A DNA stretch of 64,000 bases from Scyliorhinus canicula (GCF_902713615.1 NC_052155.1:163841828-163905827); one strand, 5' to 3'. Shown: positions 1 to 13,184, numbered from the stretch's first letter. The notes: generated by a model not told the origin, from the letters alone. Made by a program: numbers and translations.

Positions 1-166
1 TAGTTAGACCTTGTTAACCTTATCACTAGTATCAATGTTCAAGTAAAGAACTCACGCAATTATTGTGATAGTTACTCAATAAACCTTTTGTTACTACTGG
101 ACGAGTTTGAGTCTTCTTCATCGAGATTCAGAAAACCTCATCAGCAACCAAGGTTTGAGTAACACA
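1..166 (+). mobile_element. 3' part of a solo LTR
   Basis: AATAAA followed by a U5-like segment ending ...AACACA, like other solo LTRs in the window. Confidence 0.5.
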
Positions 167-199
167 TATTACACTCTGTAGTATATCAAAATACACAGA

Positions 200-378
200 G
201 AAATGTAATAAAAGATAATACAGGAGCGTAATAAAAGACATTTGTGATTTTCTTTTGTACATGGCATATCCCTTTCACAGGCTGCCCTTTTAAATTGTCC
301 CTCAATTGTCCTTTTTTGGTTTCATCAAAATAATTGGAAGCCAAACCTGTCAATCAGGCTGACTTCTGGATGTGAATC
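200..378 (-). pseudogene. Exon remnant (DSHPEVSLIDR...KKITNVFYYAPVLSF)
   Basis: Strong acceptor atttccttttgacag; resembles GREB1 SDPSVGLVDR...KEAPNIVTLHVTSF; stop and frameshift present. Confidence 0.45.
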
Positions 379-564
379 CTGTCAAAAGGAAATGTGCACA
401 CTGTGACGTTAAAATTCCATATTTGCGGGGAAACCTAGACGTCCAGGTTTCCTTACTGAAATTCCGTTCTCCTGCACAGAACCCTTTCAATATCAGGGCC
501 CAGCTTGCACCAACACTGGGAAGGTTTACCCATAGTGCAGAGAACCTAGTTTATAATTTGGACT

Positions 565-807
565 GGGGCAGCACGGTGGCCTAGTGGTTAGCACAACCGC
601 CTCACGGCGCTGAGATCCCAGGTTCGATCCCGGCTCTGGGTCACTGTCCGTGTGGAGTTTGCACATTCTCCCCGTGTCTGCGTGGGTTTCGCCCCCACAA
701 CCCAAAAATGTGCAGAGTAGGTGGATTGGCCACGCTAAATTGCCCCTTAATTGGAAAAAAGAATTGGCTAATCTAAATTTATAAAAAAATAAAAAAAATA
801 AAAATAA
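565..807 (+). mobile_element. tRNA-derived V-SINE, poly(A)-tailed subfamily
   Basis: Box A/B (tggcctagtgg; ggttcgatccc), V-like core, A-rich tail, 12-bp TSD ataatt(tg/tc)gact at 553-564 and 808-819. Confidence 0.9.
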
Positions 808-1179
808 ATAATTTCGACTGAACGGCAATAATTTTAAATTCATTCTTGGGACCTGAGCATTCCTAGCATGGTTGACATTTATCACCCACCCCCAGTTGCC
901 CCGGAGAAGTTCCAAATTATTTTAATTGTCAATGTATTTTTCTTCTTTGCTCATGGAAAGCTTTTTATTGATGTACAGGCCTGCACTTGGACTGATCTTA
1001 TTCATTTTAGCTTAAAACTCCAATTGATCATCTCTTTCTCTATTGGCCTACTCACGTTCCTTTCTTCATATTTATAAATGGTGTTGCTCATGGGGCATTA
1101 TAATTCAGTGAGATGGATGACGGCAATATGTCAGTGTTCAGCTCTATGCGTGGAGATAATCTACACTTGCTTTTATAAC

Positions 1180-4100
1180 TATAAAATCTCAGGAGGCCTG
1201 AGAAGATGAATCCAAAAGGAGTTTAATTTGACTACAGAAGCAAAGGTCGCAATACGGCTTACAACTTCAAGGGCCCAAACGGGACTATTGTTTTAACCGG
1301 TCCCCAGCTGGCCCGCAATTTTTGTCCAATTTTCACAAGCCCCAGATGAGGACGAGAGGGGGAGCTCGTATTCCACGAGTCCCATGGGGAGGTCAATTAT
1401 GTTGTCGCCGGAGGTCTCTTGAGGGTTAATACATCCCTCCTCCCCCAAATTAACAAGGTCCCTCAGTAGGCGGTTATAGAGGGGACCTCCTTCACCGTTT
1501 TCCCCATGTCCGTGCTTCTTGCAACCGAGGGGCCAGGTCGATGGGTTTTGGGGGGCATATATTGTGGTGGGGAGCTCCTTTTTTTAAGCCAAACATCGAG
1601 GGGGCCCTGTCAAAGGTTCGACCGCAATGTCCTCTGAGTACTGATGATTCTGTGTCCATATCAGACGGTGAGTCGTCTGCATCCTGTTGATCTGGGCACA
1701 GATCTCTGGTGTAGAGTTCTACTTCGTTTGAGGACAGCGGACAGGAGGGGGCGGGGTTGGGGGCGGGGGACCGATTCACGCGGCAAGGTTTTCTCTGGGA
1801 CTGGTTCCCTGCCAATGAGGTGGTCCACATGCTGTCACACAGCTTGATCTCCAGTCTTGGCCCTGTAAGAGGCTGGTCCTGCTCTCTTCACCTGTCCCCA
1901 AAATTTTGAATGCAGCCCGTGTCCCCAGGTTTAAATCCTCTGTCTCACTTTTGATGATCATGGTAATTTCTCTGAAGGCCCTGCTTCTTTTCTACCTTCC
2001 CGCCAAAGTTCGGGAGCATGAGACTAAGGTAATTCTGGAAGGATCGACCCATCAGCAAATCTGCCGGGTGCCACCCTCGTTGTAGCATATAATGTGGTCT
2101 GTTAAGTAAACAGGTATCGCACCAGCTTTGTATCAATTGACCCTGCGATCTGTTTTTTCATGCTCTGTTTAAATGTCTCGACTGCCCGTTCTGTCAGACT
2201 GTTTGAAGATAGGTGATATGAAACAGTTTGGGTGTGTTTCACCCATTCGTGCGCAAAGATCCTTGAAATTCCTCACTGGTCGCATTGTCAGTGACAGTCA
2301 CCTCAGGAATCCAGTGGGTGATAAAGGGCTGGTGCAACTTCTCTATGGTGGATGCAAAGTGGTGGAAGACATTTGGTGCATGTCCATCCACTTTGAATTA
2401 CCGTCAATCAGGAGCAGAAACATTGATCCAAAGAAGGGCCCAGCAAAGTTGGCATGCATCCGCAGACAGACGTCACTGGAGCGAGGCTGATAGAGCTCTA
2501 CTGCTCCTGACAAGCCACGCACTGCTGCAACATTCGCTTGATGTCACCGTTGAGCCCTGGCCACCACACGCAACTCCTGGCGAGCATTTTAATTTTAGAA
2601 ATCCGCGGGTGTTCACTATGCAACTCCTGCAAGATGGTTTACTGACCTGGCTGTGAGGCAACCATGTGGGCTCTCAACAGCATGATGCCATTCTCCACAG
2701 CGAGTTCCTGTTTTGTCGCATCTGTTCACAGTTCCTCCGACACCTTCCCCTAGAATTTAGAATTAGAACAGTACAGCACAGAACAGCCCCTTTGGCCCTC
2801 AATGTTGTGCTGAGCAATGATCACCCTACTCAAGCCCACGTATCTACCATATAGGATGATGTTGCACAGTGTTGCCAGTGTAAGGTCTTTTTGGTCCATG
2901 TGCGGATTTGCGTAGCCATGACGAGCAATGTGTCCATAAGGTTTAATGCCAAAATGATTTCATTCGCTACTGGCAAGGATGGTGGGGTGGGGGCGTGGGC
3001 AGGGCATTGCCTACAGACACTGGGAATCAGTTAAGGGCATTCACGTTCATAATCTATGAACGATTTTCAAATATGTATTCATACACGGTCAACAGCAAAA
3101 CCCACCGTTGGATCCAGGCCGAAGCTATCGGCAGTATCAATTTATCCTCGTTGAATAAGCCGATTGGTGGCGTATGGTGCGTGATTACAGTAAAATGATG
3201 CCTGTAGACGTACTGATTGAATTTGTTTACTGTAAGAATCACGGCCAGACTTTCCTTTTCAATTTGGGCTAATGCCATTCCACATTGGCCAGGATTTTGG
3301 AAGTGTAAATCATTGACCTTTCCATCCCATTGTCCCACCGATGGACAACACTAGCCCAACGCCATATGGAGAAGTACCTCACGTGGTGATGACCAATTTC
3401 AACAGTTCTTAATGTGTTAACAATTTTGAAGTTAATCGCTGATGCTTTGCCCTGGCTAATGCTTCCACTTGTGGCATTTTGCGCACCCATTTCTATTTTT
3501 TTTGTGAGTGTGGGAAGAGGTGCCAACAAGGTAACCAGGTTTGGGATAAACTTCCCTGATAGTTGACAAGTCCCAGGAACGACTCAACTCGGCTGTGTTC
3601 TTGCGTGTCGGAGCTCCTTTGATGGCCCGTACGTTTCCCTCCACCTGATGCAATCCATCTTATCAACGGTATTCCATATTTATGTGACCTCTTTTGCCTG
3701 CAAGATGCACTTGCTCCTTTTCAGATGAACGCTTACGGCGGAAAACCATTGAAGGACCTCTTCTAGGTTGACCAGGCGTTCCTTCTCAATGGCTTCTGTG
3801 ATAGGTACATCGTCCAGGTAGACGGCCAGCATGGGGAGTCCTTGGAGGATGTTTTCCATTACTCGCTGGAAATTTGCACACACGGATGATATTCTGAATG
3901 GAAGCTGGGCGTACTAGTACAACTCTCGGTGGGTGTTGATGGTGAAGTACTTTATAGAAACTGCGCCTAACTCTAGCTGGTCCAGTTTCGTGAAGGAGTG
4001 GCCCCCAGCTATCTTTGCATACAGGTCGTCTAAGCATGGCATGGGTTACCTGCGCAGACAGGAGGCCTTGTTGACGGTCATTTTATAGACACCACACAGG

Positions 4101-5590
4101 CGAACGGACTTGTCTGGCTTCAGTACCAGGACCACAGGTGTTGTGCACTCTGCAAACTGGACGGGGTGTATGATGCCCAGGTTCTCCAGGCAGCTCAGCT
4201 CACCACCATCCACCTTCAACAGGAGGCCATTTGGGACCTGATGAGCCCTGAAATATTTAGGCTGGGCCTCTGGGTTAACATAGAGTTTAGTCATAGCCGT
4301 CTTTATCTTTTGCATTCTGTACTACAAAACTTCAAGGTACTTTCCAAGGACTTTGTACTAACTGCCAGTACCCATCCGGAAAATTTGTTGCCAGCCCAAG
4401 CGGAGTGGTTGTAACCAATCACGGCCAAGGAGGCTGGGCCCAGGCCCTTGCACCACTACCAGTGGGAATTGGACCGACTGCTGTCCGTGAGTAACTAGGG
4501 TCACAGTGGTCCAAATGATGGTCAATGAGTCTCCGCAGTATCTTACCAGCCGAGCCTTGGTATCCTCCAAGCCCAAGTGCTGGATGCCCAGATGGAGCTT
4601 ATGGAACGTCTGTTGTCCAATAATTGAAACAGCAGCCCTGTGTCAGTTTCCATATCGAAGGGGGTACGATTAACTTGGAATGTTATTCCGACTGGGGCTA
4701 CTTTGACAACCATGATTCAGTTTAACTGCATGAAGTCATCTTCCTTGGGCAGGGCAATATAGAAAGCACTGACTCGGGGTGCTTGTATCGCCTGGCCAGG
4801 GTGATGCACTCGTTGGCGATTCTGCTGACCTCGACCGTCACAGTTCCTGCGGCTGCAGGTGCAGCATAGTTGGGTGTTCCTCACTATCCTCTGGGGAGAT
4901 GTCCTGTCGGGCTGTGATGGCCCTTGGCCAGCAGGTCTGACCACAGTATTGGTTTGGAGGGATGACGTTGTGCAAGTCTTATCCTTAGGAAGCATTCCTT
5001 TTAGGAATAGGGGCTGGCCAACACTGTGCAAATCATAGTCCACTGAACCATAGAGTTCCTGAATCACCTTTTCCACATTTTCATGGGAGAGTGACAACTC
5101 TATGGCCCCTTTCAGTTTCGAGGATGGTTCCGCTAACAGCTTCCTTTGAGTCGCCATATTGTTTATGCCGCACACCAGCCGATCTTTCAACATCTCAGGG
5201 AAGGATGGGCCATAGTCACAATGCTCAGCTAACCTGCGAACGTGTGTCAAAACCCCACAACTGATTTCCCAGGGGTTCGGTAGGCATCAAAGTTCTTTGG
5301 CTTCCAAATGCAGCATTTCTAAAGTCTCACCAACCTCATTATTGTGCTGGGGATTTTTGGTGCGGTCCAGATGTCCAGGGTCGCCGACGTTGTTTTCAAC
5401 TCCGCCAGCGTAAAAACTCAGGGCGGCCGAAAAGGAAAATCCAAAATAGGTTTAATTTGACAACAAATGTAAAGACTGCAACACAGCTCACAACTCCAAG
5501 GTCCCAAACGGAACTAATGTTGGTCTCAATCCGGGCCCACTTTTATAGGTTGATTCCCCCGAGCCCAAGCGGGGAGCTTCTATCCCACAG
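1180..5590 (-). mobile_element. Degenerate full-length Ty3/Gypsy LTR retrotransposon
   Basis: Two diverged LTRs (1180-1433; 5409 to about 5590), PPT at 1434-1446, PBS-like TGGCGG near 5401-5407; gag (RRLAEHCDYG..LKDRLVCGI), protease C-terminus (SLLGRDWL), RT (YLDD), RNase H (AQIEKESLAV) and integrase fragments, all frameshifted. Confidence 0.9.
2751..2855 (-). mobile_element. CR1/HER1 3'-end fragment nested in the Gypsy element
   Basis: (tagaat) tail plus acagcacagaacagccc, matching the 3' end at 17415. Confidence 0.65.
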
Positions 5591-5795
5591 TTTGGCTCAG
5601 TTGGCTGGACAGCTGGTTGACTATGCAAAGTGAGGCCAACAGCGCGGGTTCAATTCCCGTATTGGCTGAGGTTATTCGTGAAGTTCCTGCCATCTCAACC
5701 TTCTCGCCTGAGGTGTGGTGATCCTCAGGTTAAATCCATCACCAGCCAGCTCTCCTCCTCAAAGGGGAGAGCTGCCTACGGCCATCTGGGACTTT
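5590..5795 (+). mobile_element. tRNA-derived SINE truncating the Gypsy 5' LTR
   Basis: tggctcagttgg box A, gggttcaattccc box B. Confidence 0.7.
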
Positions 5796-5939
5796 ATTCT
5801 ATTATGCTTCACTGTGCGATGGAGGAAATTAATGTCTGACTCTTTGAGAAGATGCATAAAAAAATAATACTCGCCATGAATTTGAGGTAGGTCTTGAACA
5901 TTTCCATTTCACAATCTCTTTATTGCCACTATGATTACC

Positions 5940-6090
5940 TTTGACACACATTACTCAGTTACTCAAACAGAAAATCACAGGCGTGAAACAGTTTCTGAAA
6001 CTGTTCTGCAAATTTCTATTTCATTTTTTAAACTACTCTCCAGGTTTTCAGGCTGCCAACCATTGTTGTTTGAGCAAAACGTTACTTTGA
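5940..6090 (-). pseudogene. Possible exon remnant (ICRTVSETVSRL*FS)
   Basis: Weak resemblance to GREB1 VTYQQTLLHVWHS; donor aag|gtaatc. Confidence 0.3.
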
Positions 6091-6095
6091 TTATA

Positions 6096-6786
6096 TGTTG
6101 GTGTTGTGGGAGTTCCACCGGTAGTCATTCAATTGTGGCACACTTCACTTTCCACCTGACCAGATGACACTTAGTGTTGAAGCCTTCAGTTTAAACTTTT
6201 ATTGCAAGTGAGAGCTAGGGAACCCAGCTACCACTAGATGGCTTGCTGGTTCCCCGAACACAGAAAATACAGATCAATTATACTTTGTGTGTTATTTGAA
6301 CTAATTAACATACACCAATCAAAAGTATACATTTTAAAAAAGTTATCTATGTCCATTCATAATTAAGAATCAGGATTACATAATGCATTTTACATGAGTA
6401 TAGTTACCAATCATAATCAAGACACGTACACAATATTATAATGTGCCAGGCGTATAGATGCCACTTCTTATCTACAAGCTCTCAGACAGTTAGTAGATTA
6501 AGTGGACACCTGAGCAATCACCCCTCCCCTAAACTCCCTCCATTGGCCCTTGTTTTCTGATGATCTCATGAGCGGCAGCTGCCTGTATCAATCGACTTGA
6601 TGTGTGCAGCCATCCTTGTCTCGGCTACAAGTCCTTGAGAGTTGTATCTGTTGCCATAGCAATGACCTGAAGTTATCTAACTCCAGAATCTTCTATCTCT
6701 CCGCAAGCTGGAGCTCATGCGAGCACTTAGGTTTTAATTTAACCTAGTATATAGGTTTGTACCTAAATCTAACTTTTTATACCACA
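6096..6786 (-). mobile_element. Solo LTR (ERV-like)
   Basis: TG...CA termini, minus-strand AATAAA near 6198. Confidence 0.55.
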
Positions 6787-7124
6787 ATCTACCTCTTCAA
6801 TTGTGAAGATGTAGTGACATTCAGATATCATCATGAGTTTAGGGGAGGGGTGATAGCTCAGGTGTCCACTTAATCTACTAACTGTCTGAGAGCTTGTAGA
6901 TAAGAAGTGGCATCTATACGCCTGGCACATTATAATATTGTGTACGTGTCTTGATTATGATTGGTAACTATACTCATGTAAAATGCATTATGTAATCCTG
7001 ATTCTTAATTATGAATGGACATAGATAACTTTTTTAAAATGTATACTTTTGATTGGTGTATGTTAATTAGTTCAAATAACACACAAAGTATAATTGATCT
7101 GCATTTTCTGTGTTCGGGGAACCA
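6247..7124. repeat. Inverted repeat, 290-bp arms (6247-6536 / 6835-7124), 298-bp spacer
   Basis: Arms are reverse complements with two mismatches found on manual comparison. Confidence 0.95.
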
Positions 7125-7480
7125 TGATCAATGTATGTAAATGTAGTACAGTCATTTCAACACTGGGTGGCACACAGTCAGATACTATAAAAACTGCCTT
7201 TTCTAGGTCACATGATGCGTTTCAGAACAGTGAACAAGCAAGACATAGAATAGCTAGAGTAAGAGAAGTTAGAACTAGTTTGTTATAATAGTGTATAGTT
7301 ATATAGTTATCTGTATTGTTAGTTCTTCATTGTTATTTTTTATCTTAATTCTTTATTGTTAGTTTAGTATTAAGTAAAAGGACTCACAGTTTATTATTTT
7401 ATTACTCATTAAATAGTTCGCCTTTCAACAAGAAGACTATTGGTCATTTTATCATCCTGGTGGATTCAAGAGTAATATAT
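6810..7480 (+). mobile_element. Gypsy-type solo LTR carrying the inverted insertion
   Basis: tgtagtga start, TATAAAA, ATTAAA; similar layout to the LTR at 20478. Confidence 0.55.
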
Positions 7481-7654
7481 ATATTTAGATAAGTCATTAT
7501 TTAAAATATAACAAAGACCAAATCCATTGCCTTCACTATAAACTTTTCCCCCTCGAAGCAACTTTATCTTTCTCTATTTACTGTCTGAGGATGACCCAGA
7601 AATCAGCTTCTGAGTCTTGTATCCTCCCCATCAGCCCGTCTGTCTCCACTTCAG

Positions 7655-8292
7655 GAACATCCCCACCCTCTTAGCTCATTTGCTCCTAAAACCCTCGTTC
7701 ATATAATTGTTACTCCGAAAACCAGTTATTTCAATGTTCGTATGGCCAGCTTCTGTGGTGATATGCATCACTATAAATACACAAGGGGTTAATGTAAATA
7801 CACTACGACTAAGTAAACACTAGAGGGAGCACTAGAGACGTCATGACATGCAGACATACAGCAAATGAACACAAAGAATAGGACACAACCAATGGGCAGT
7901 CAAGACACCCAGAGGTGACACTACCACAAGAGGGCACTACATGACCCATATATAAGGACAGGGCACACATGCTCTGTCTCTTTCCACAGGCGACACTTAG
8001 AGAGTAGGACAGGGGCAGATCAGAAGCATTACACCCACCACGTGGCTTAGAGCAGACTGGTTAGTTAGACTGAGTTACTATAGCAAGATTAGGCAGGAGA
8101 GTCGAACTCACAGAGAACTGTGCTAATGGTTCAATAAATCACATTGAACTTACTTCAAAGTCTGCAGTATCTTTTGGTCAAAGCTGCATCGAGTTGCAGC
8201 CTGCGCTATCCCAGAGTACATAACGCAACACTTCCCATCTTGTACACTCCATAAACTTGAGCCCATCCAAACTCTGCTGCCCATCTCCTGAC
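7655..8292 (+). mobile_element. L2 LINE RT C-terminal fragment interrupted by a solo LTR
   Basis: Flanks join into a degenerate ..TLVH..VT...Y.N...A..PS.TLHKLE.IQNSAA.LLT motif. Confidence 0.65.
7754..8230 (+). mobile_element. Solo LTR with 4-bp TSD (CTTC)
   Basis: TGT...ACA termini, TATA box, AATAAA, TSD at 7750-7753 and 8231-8234. Confidence 0.85.
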
Positions 8293-8692
8293 TAATTCCA
8301 AGTCCATTTAAACCATCAGAAATGTTTCCTCTAAGCAACAGTGGTTGGGTGGGGCATGTTGCCGGTAAGCGGGGAGGTGGGGGGGGGGGGGGGGGGGGGG
8401 GAGCTGGTGTGGTGATTGCACAATGATGAAGTGTGCAGTAAAGGGAATAGGCAGCTGAGGCGCTCACAACTTCACCAGGCATACAAGGAACACACTTGCA
8501 CAGAATATTATTGGCTGATTCAATGCAACCAATCATTGGTCATATTTAGTGAATCTCCTTGATGCTCATTACAAGTATTTTCATATTTGATCATGGGGTG
8601 CGAGCATTGTGAGCAAGGCCATAATTTCTTGCCCATCCCCAATTGCCCTTGAGCAGGTGGTGGTGAGCCAATGTTTGAACAGCTGAAGTTTA

Positions 8693-8900
8693 TAGAATCA
8701 TAGAAACTTTGGAGTGCAGAAGGAGGCCATTCAGCCCATTGAGTCGGCACCGACCCACTGAATGAGCACCCTACCTCAGCCCAGTCCCCTACCCTATCCT
8801 CGTAATGCCTTAACCTCACCTAAGTTTTGGACAATTTTGCGTGGTCAATCCACCTAACCTGCACATATTTGGACTGTGGGAGGAAACTGGAGCACCTGGT
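8693..8900 (-). mobile_element. HE1-type SINE (3' half) inside a LINE 3'-end fragment (about 8590-8995)
   Basis: (tagaatca) tail, aggaggccattcagccc, V core. Confidence 0.75.
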
Positions 8901-8999
8901 GTGGACACTTTAAGTGGTGTAGGTGCTTCCACAGTGATTTAAGGAAGGAAGTTTCAGGATTTCGACCCAACCACAGTGAAGGAGCAGCAGTGCAGCGAA

Positions 9000-10142
9000 G
9001 AACTTTCTAGATTTTTCCCTGAGCTTGGTGGCAAGTGTGATTCGGCAGTCACAGACTTGAGTGATTGGAATGCACTTAGTAATTGGAATGCACTTATCTC
9101 TCTTTAATGTGGTTGATCATTGTAAACTTTGGGGTTTAAGCACTTAGAGCCACTTACCCACGAAGGGGAATGACTGAATCAAGGCTGCAACTGTTTTGTG
9201 GAAGCTGTCAATCACAGCCCACTACTAGAAATGAATTATTGGTTGCAGCTAATGAATGTGAAGGGTTTGGATACAGGTCACAAATGTTCTTTATGCAGGA
9301 ACGGACACATTGCAGGTAAGTGTTACAACTCTAATTGTGTTCACTGCCCTTGTCTGGACTGCTCTTTAGGTTCCAGACAGGACCTTTTCCTGGAGAGTCT
9401 GTGTAGAGTCGCTCTATTTAGGGGGTCCCTGTCGGGTGTCCCTCTATTTAGCGGATCTGTTTGGGGGTTCCTGTAGTTAGGGTATTTCTGTGGGGGTTTC
9501 CTTTAGCTAGTGTGTCTCTGTGGGAGATTCCTTTAGTTGGGGGGTCCGTGGGGTGGGTCTCAATAAGGGGCTACCTGGGGGAGGGTGTCTCTATTAGGGG
9601 GGTGCCTGGGGGCGTTCTCCCTATCAAAAGGTCTCTCAGCTGGATCTGTTTGAGGGGGTATTTTGGGTGGGCCTCCCATTTCAAAGGGTCTCTGGTGGAG
9701 TCCGTGGGGTGGTGGGGGTGCTGGTATCGGCGGGGTGGGCAGATGTGCTTTGTGAGGGGAGGGTGGCCCTCAGATGGACATGTGGGGGCTACTTCTTTGA
9801 GGAGTGACTTGCTTGGTCAACCGCAAGGACCACTGTGTCAGGTTCACGTTTGATGAGATCTGTTGTGATTCCTGCCCACAGGATTCCCAGCCGAGAGAAC
9901 AGGGGAATCATGGAGGGCTGGAGAATAGGGTGCCTGACACACTAATTGGATGAAAATGGGTCATTAAGAGCCATTTGAATTCATATCCATCCTTCCTCTG
10001 GTGCATGGGCGGGAAACCTGATCACACCACCAGCGGGGGAACCGGAGCATTGTGTTCGGATCGGCACCCCCCCGGCGCCATCCTGTTTTTTTTGATTCCC
10101 AGCCGCATTGGGGACCCACCCCACTACTGAAGAATCCAGGCC
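9000..10142. mobile_element. Non-autonomous Harbinger-like element; reverse-orientation homologue of 53975-55040
   Basis: 9060-9380 aligns with the reverse complement of 54680-54990; ends agaatccaggcc. Confidence 0.6.
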
Positions 10143-10201
10143 ATTGTGTTTAAACTTAAGTTAAGATGGTCATGGGATTTGCGGTTGTTGGAAGGAACAT
10201 G

Positions 10202-10868
10202 AGGCGGGATTCTCTCAGCCCATGCTGGGTCGGAGAATTGCCGGGCCGGGCGTAAATCGCGCGCCGACGCACCGATGCCCCGACGCCGGTCTGCCAATTC
10301 TCCGGTGAGCGGAGAATCAGCACCAGTCGTCGTGACGACGGTCAGGGGCCGCTCTCCGCGGGGATTCTCCACCCGGGATGGGCCGAGAAAAGCCTGAGTC
10401 CCGCTGGCGGCATTCACATCTGGTCTTACCCGGCAAGAATCGCCATCCATCCTGTCTGGGGCAGACTGGTGGGGGGGGCGAGGGGGGTGTCTGACCCGGG
10501 GGGGCGGGGCATTGGCCTCCACCGTGGCCTGGCCCGCGATCAGGGCCTACCGATCGCCGGGCCGGCCTCTCGCGGTAGGGGCTTCTTTTGCTCTGCGCCG
10601 GCTCCTGTACCCCTACGCCATGTTACTTCGGTGCCGCGGCGGAGAAGGAGGCTACCGTGCATTCGCGCTGGTCGCAGTGCGCATGCGCAGACCCGCAGCG
10701 CCCATTTGACGCCAGTTTCGGCAGCTGGAGCGGCCTGAGTCGCTCCAGTGCCATGCTGACCTCCTGTAGGGCAGAGGATCGTTACACATAGCCGTCCGAT
10801 GACGCCGTCGTTAAACTATCCAGTTTTTACGACAGCGTCAACATTCTGCCTTCAGGTGGGAGAATCAG
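10202..10868. mobile_element. GC-rich Harbinger-type MITE
   Basis: Termini ggcgggattctc ... gggagaatc. Confidence 0.7.
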
Positions 10869-10870
10869 AC

Positions 10871-11355
10871 TGTAACAGACAGAGTTTAGTTCAGCTTTTC
10901 TGGAAGCTGTGATCTAAAATGCAGGTTCTGCAGAAGGTTGTCAGAGATTCAACATTAATCTAACAGGATCTCTCTCTCTCTTCAAGCACTTTCTATAAAG
11001 ATCCCTCGATCCAAAAATTGGCAAGTAATCCTTGGTTTGCTAACTGTATTTAAAAGTGGTTTTTGACCTGTGATGTGTTTTGTTTGGTTAGAGATAAAGA
11101 AGATATCAGTTTGAATATAAAGTGTTTCCTTTTATGGTTAAGAATTATTTAACTGATAATTGTAAGCTATATCTGTGTGGTGTTGAGGTCGTTTAATAAT
11201 GTGTTAAAAATCAAATTTGTTTGAGTATACCATATCCCTATTTTTGCGTGGAATCACTTCTGGAGCTAAGTATCCTTTTCTCACAGTTTTACAAATTAAT
11301 TAAAAAAAGTATAGGGTTCCTGCCCGGAACCCGAGCAAATGCTCTGGGATCTTAA
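10871..11355 (+). mobile_element. LTR-like fragment
   Basis: TGTAAC start, AT-rich U3/R-like body. Confidence 0.35.
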
Positions 11356-11376
11356 TGGCACTGCTGCCAAAACAGT

Positions 11377-11557
11377 GGGCGCGATTCTCCGCTGCCCACG
11401 CCGGTTGGGAGAATAGCGGGAGGGCCTCCCGACATTTTTCACGCCCTCCCGCTATTCTCCCCCCACCCCCCACGTCACGAACCGCCGCTCGCCGTTTTTT
11501 ACGGCAAGCGGCAATTCTCCGCGGCCGATGGGCCGAGCGGCCGGGCCTTTACTCCCG
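11377..11557. mobile_element. Truncated Harbinger-type MITE
   Basis: gggcgcgattctcc TIR. Confidence 0.65.
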
Positions 11558-12438
11558 TTGTGAGAGTCTCAAGGTCATCTTGAGAAGTCTCGTAACCACC
11601 AGAGAGACCTTGGTCCAGCAGGTTTTGGAAGATTTGCACTGACTCCTTGGCCACACGCATTGGCGGCCCCATCAATGTCGAGACAACAGGGGGATGAGGC
11701 ACATTGACCTCACTCCATGAACCCCTTCTCCTCAAGGGGCCTCTGCTCAGGACACTCAAGCATGTGCAGCTGCTCACAGTCCCCTAGGCCTGTGACCCCC
11801 ATCCAATGAAGTTGCTCAGGCCAAAGAAGTTGCAGCTGCCCCTGAGCCTCACCAGGCTGGGGCCCTCAAGGCCGGAGGCCACCTGAGGCTGTCCACAAAG
11901 TCATCATAGACATCAGGACGTAGCAGTCAGCAAGCCTCCTCCAGCTCTGCTGTTGATGTTGCAGCTGCACCCAGGCGTAGAAGCAGGATTTGGAGAATTA
12001 AAAAAAATTTACATCAGTTTTCAGTCAGGGGTGTGTAATAGCTGTACAAATATTACCATTTTGTTAATACATTCTCGGCTTATGTGGATATCTTGCACAA
12101 TTAAAGGCGTTGTGATTATGTACATATGGATCCTCTTATTTCGAGGTTTAGCTATCCTCCCACTCAGTGATTGTCTCCCTTTGTCAGATTCACAATCATG
12201 ATTGTGATTGTGATGTCATCCTCACTGAAGACTGTTTCTATGTGTGAAGGCATGGAGATGTTTTGAAATATTTTGGAAGTGTGTGCTCAATGCGCTTGGA
12301 AACCTTTCTCCTCACGGCACACCATTGGGCAAGGGCAGTTCAGCAACCTTGAGTAGTTAGGGACAGTCGTGTGTCCTCAGTGCTGGTGACCAAAGTACAA
12401 GACCTGGATGAGAGAATGAAATCCCCAAATAAGACCTC

Positions 12439-13151
12439 GGCCGGGATTCTCCCCCACCCGGCGGGGCGGGGGGTCCCGACGTGATGGAGTGGCGTGAACC
12501 ACTCCGGCGTTGGGCCGCCCCAAAGGTGCGGACGTCTCCGCACCTTTAAGAGCCAAGCCCTAACATTGAGGGGCTAGGCCCGCGCCGGAGAGGTTGGCGC
12601 TCCGCCGGCTGGCGTGGACGGCCTTTGGAGCCATGCCAGACGGGGCCGAAGAGACTTTGGCGGAGCGTCAGCGGCTGCTGACGTCATCCCCGCGCATGCG
12701 CAGGGGAGAGGGTCTCTTCCGCCTCCGCCATCGTGAAGGTCATGGCGAAGGCGAAAGGAAAAGAGTGCCCCCACGGCACAGATCCGCCCGCTGATCGGTG
12801 GGTTCCGATCGTGGGCCAGGCAACCTGGGGGCACCCCCCGGGGCCACATCGCCCTGCGCCCCCCCCCCCCCCCCCCAGGACCCCGGAGCCCGCACGCGCC
12901 GCCTGCTCCCGCCGGTAAGGTAGATGGTTTGATCCACGCCGGCGGGAGAGGGATGACATCGGCGGGACTTCGGCCCATTGCGGGCCGGAGAATCACCGGC
13001 GGGGGGGGGGGGGGGCACGACGACCGGCGCGGAATGATTCCCGCTCCCGCCGAATCTCTGATGCCGGAGAATTCGGGACACGGTGGGGGCGGGATTGACG
13101 CTGACCCCCGGCGATTCTGCGACCCAGTGGGGGGGTCTGAGAATCCCGCCC
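12439..13151. mobile_element. Harbinger-type MITE
   Basis: TIRs ggccgggattctc / gagaatcccgccc, 3-bp TSD CTC; same family as 58691-59379 in opposite orientation. Confidence 0.85.
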
Positions 13152-13184
13152 CTCATCTCATTGGTCGCTGCAGATTCTCATTAA

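Noticed and set aside
565-640. tRNA genes at GGGGCAGCACGGTGG heads
   Set aside because: These are SINE heads that continue into a V core and tail, not standalone tRNAs.
8371-8402. Poly-G/C tracts (also near 12860, 13005, 23505) as functional G-quadruplexes
   Set aside because: Slippage-prone homopolymers, mostly inside repeats, with no evidence of function.
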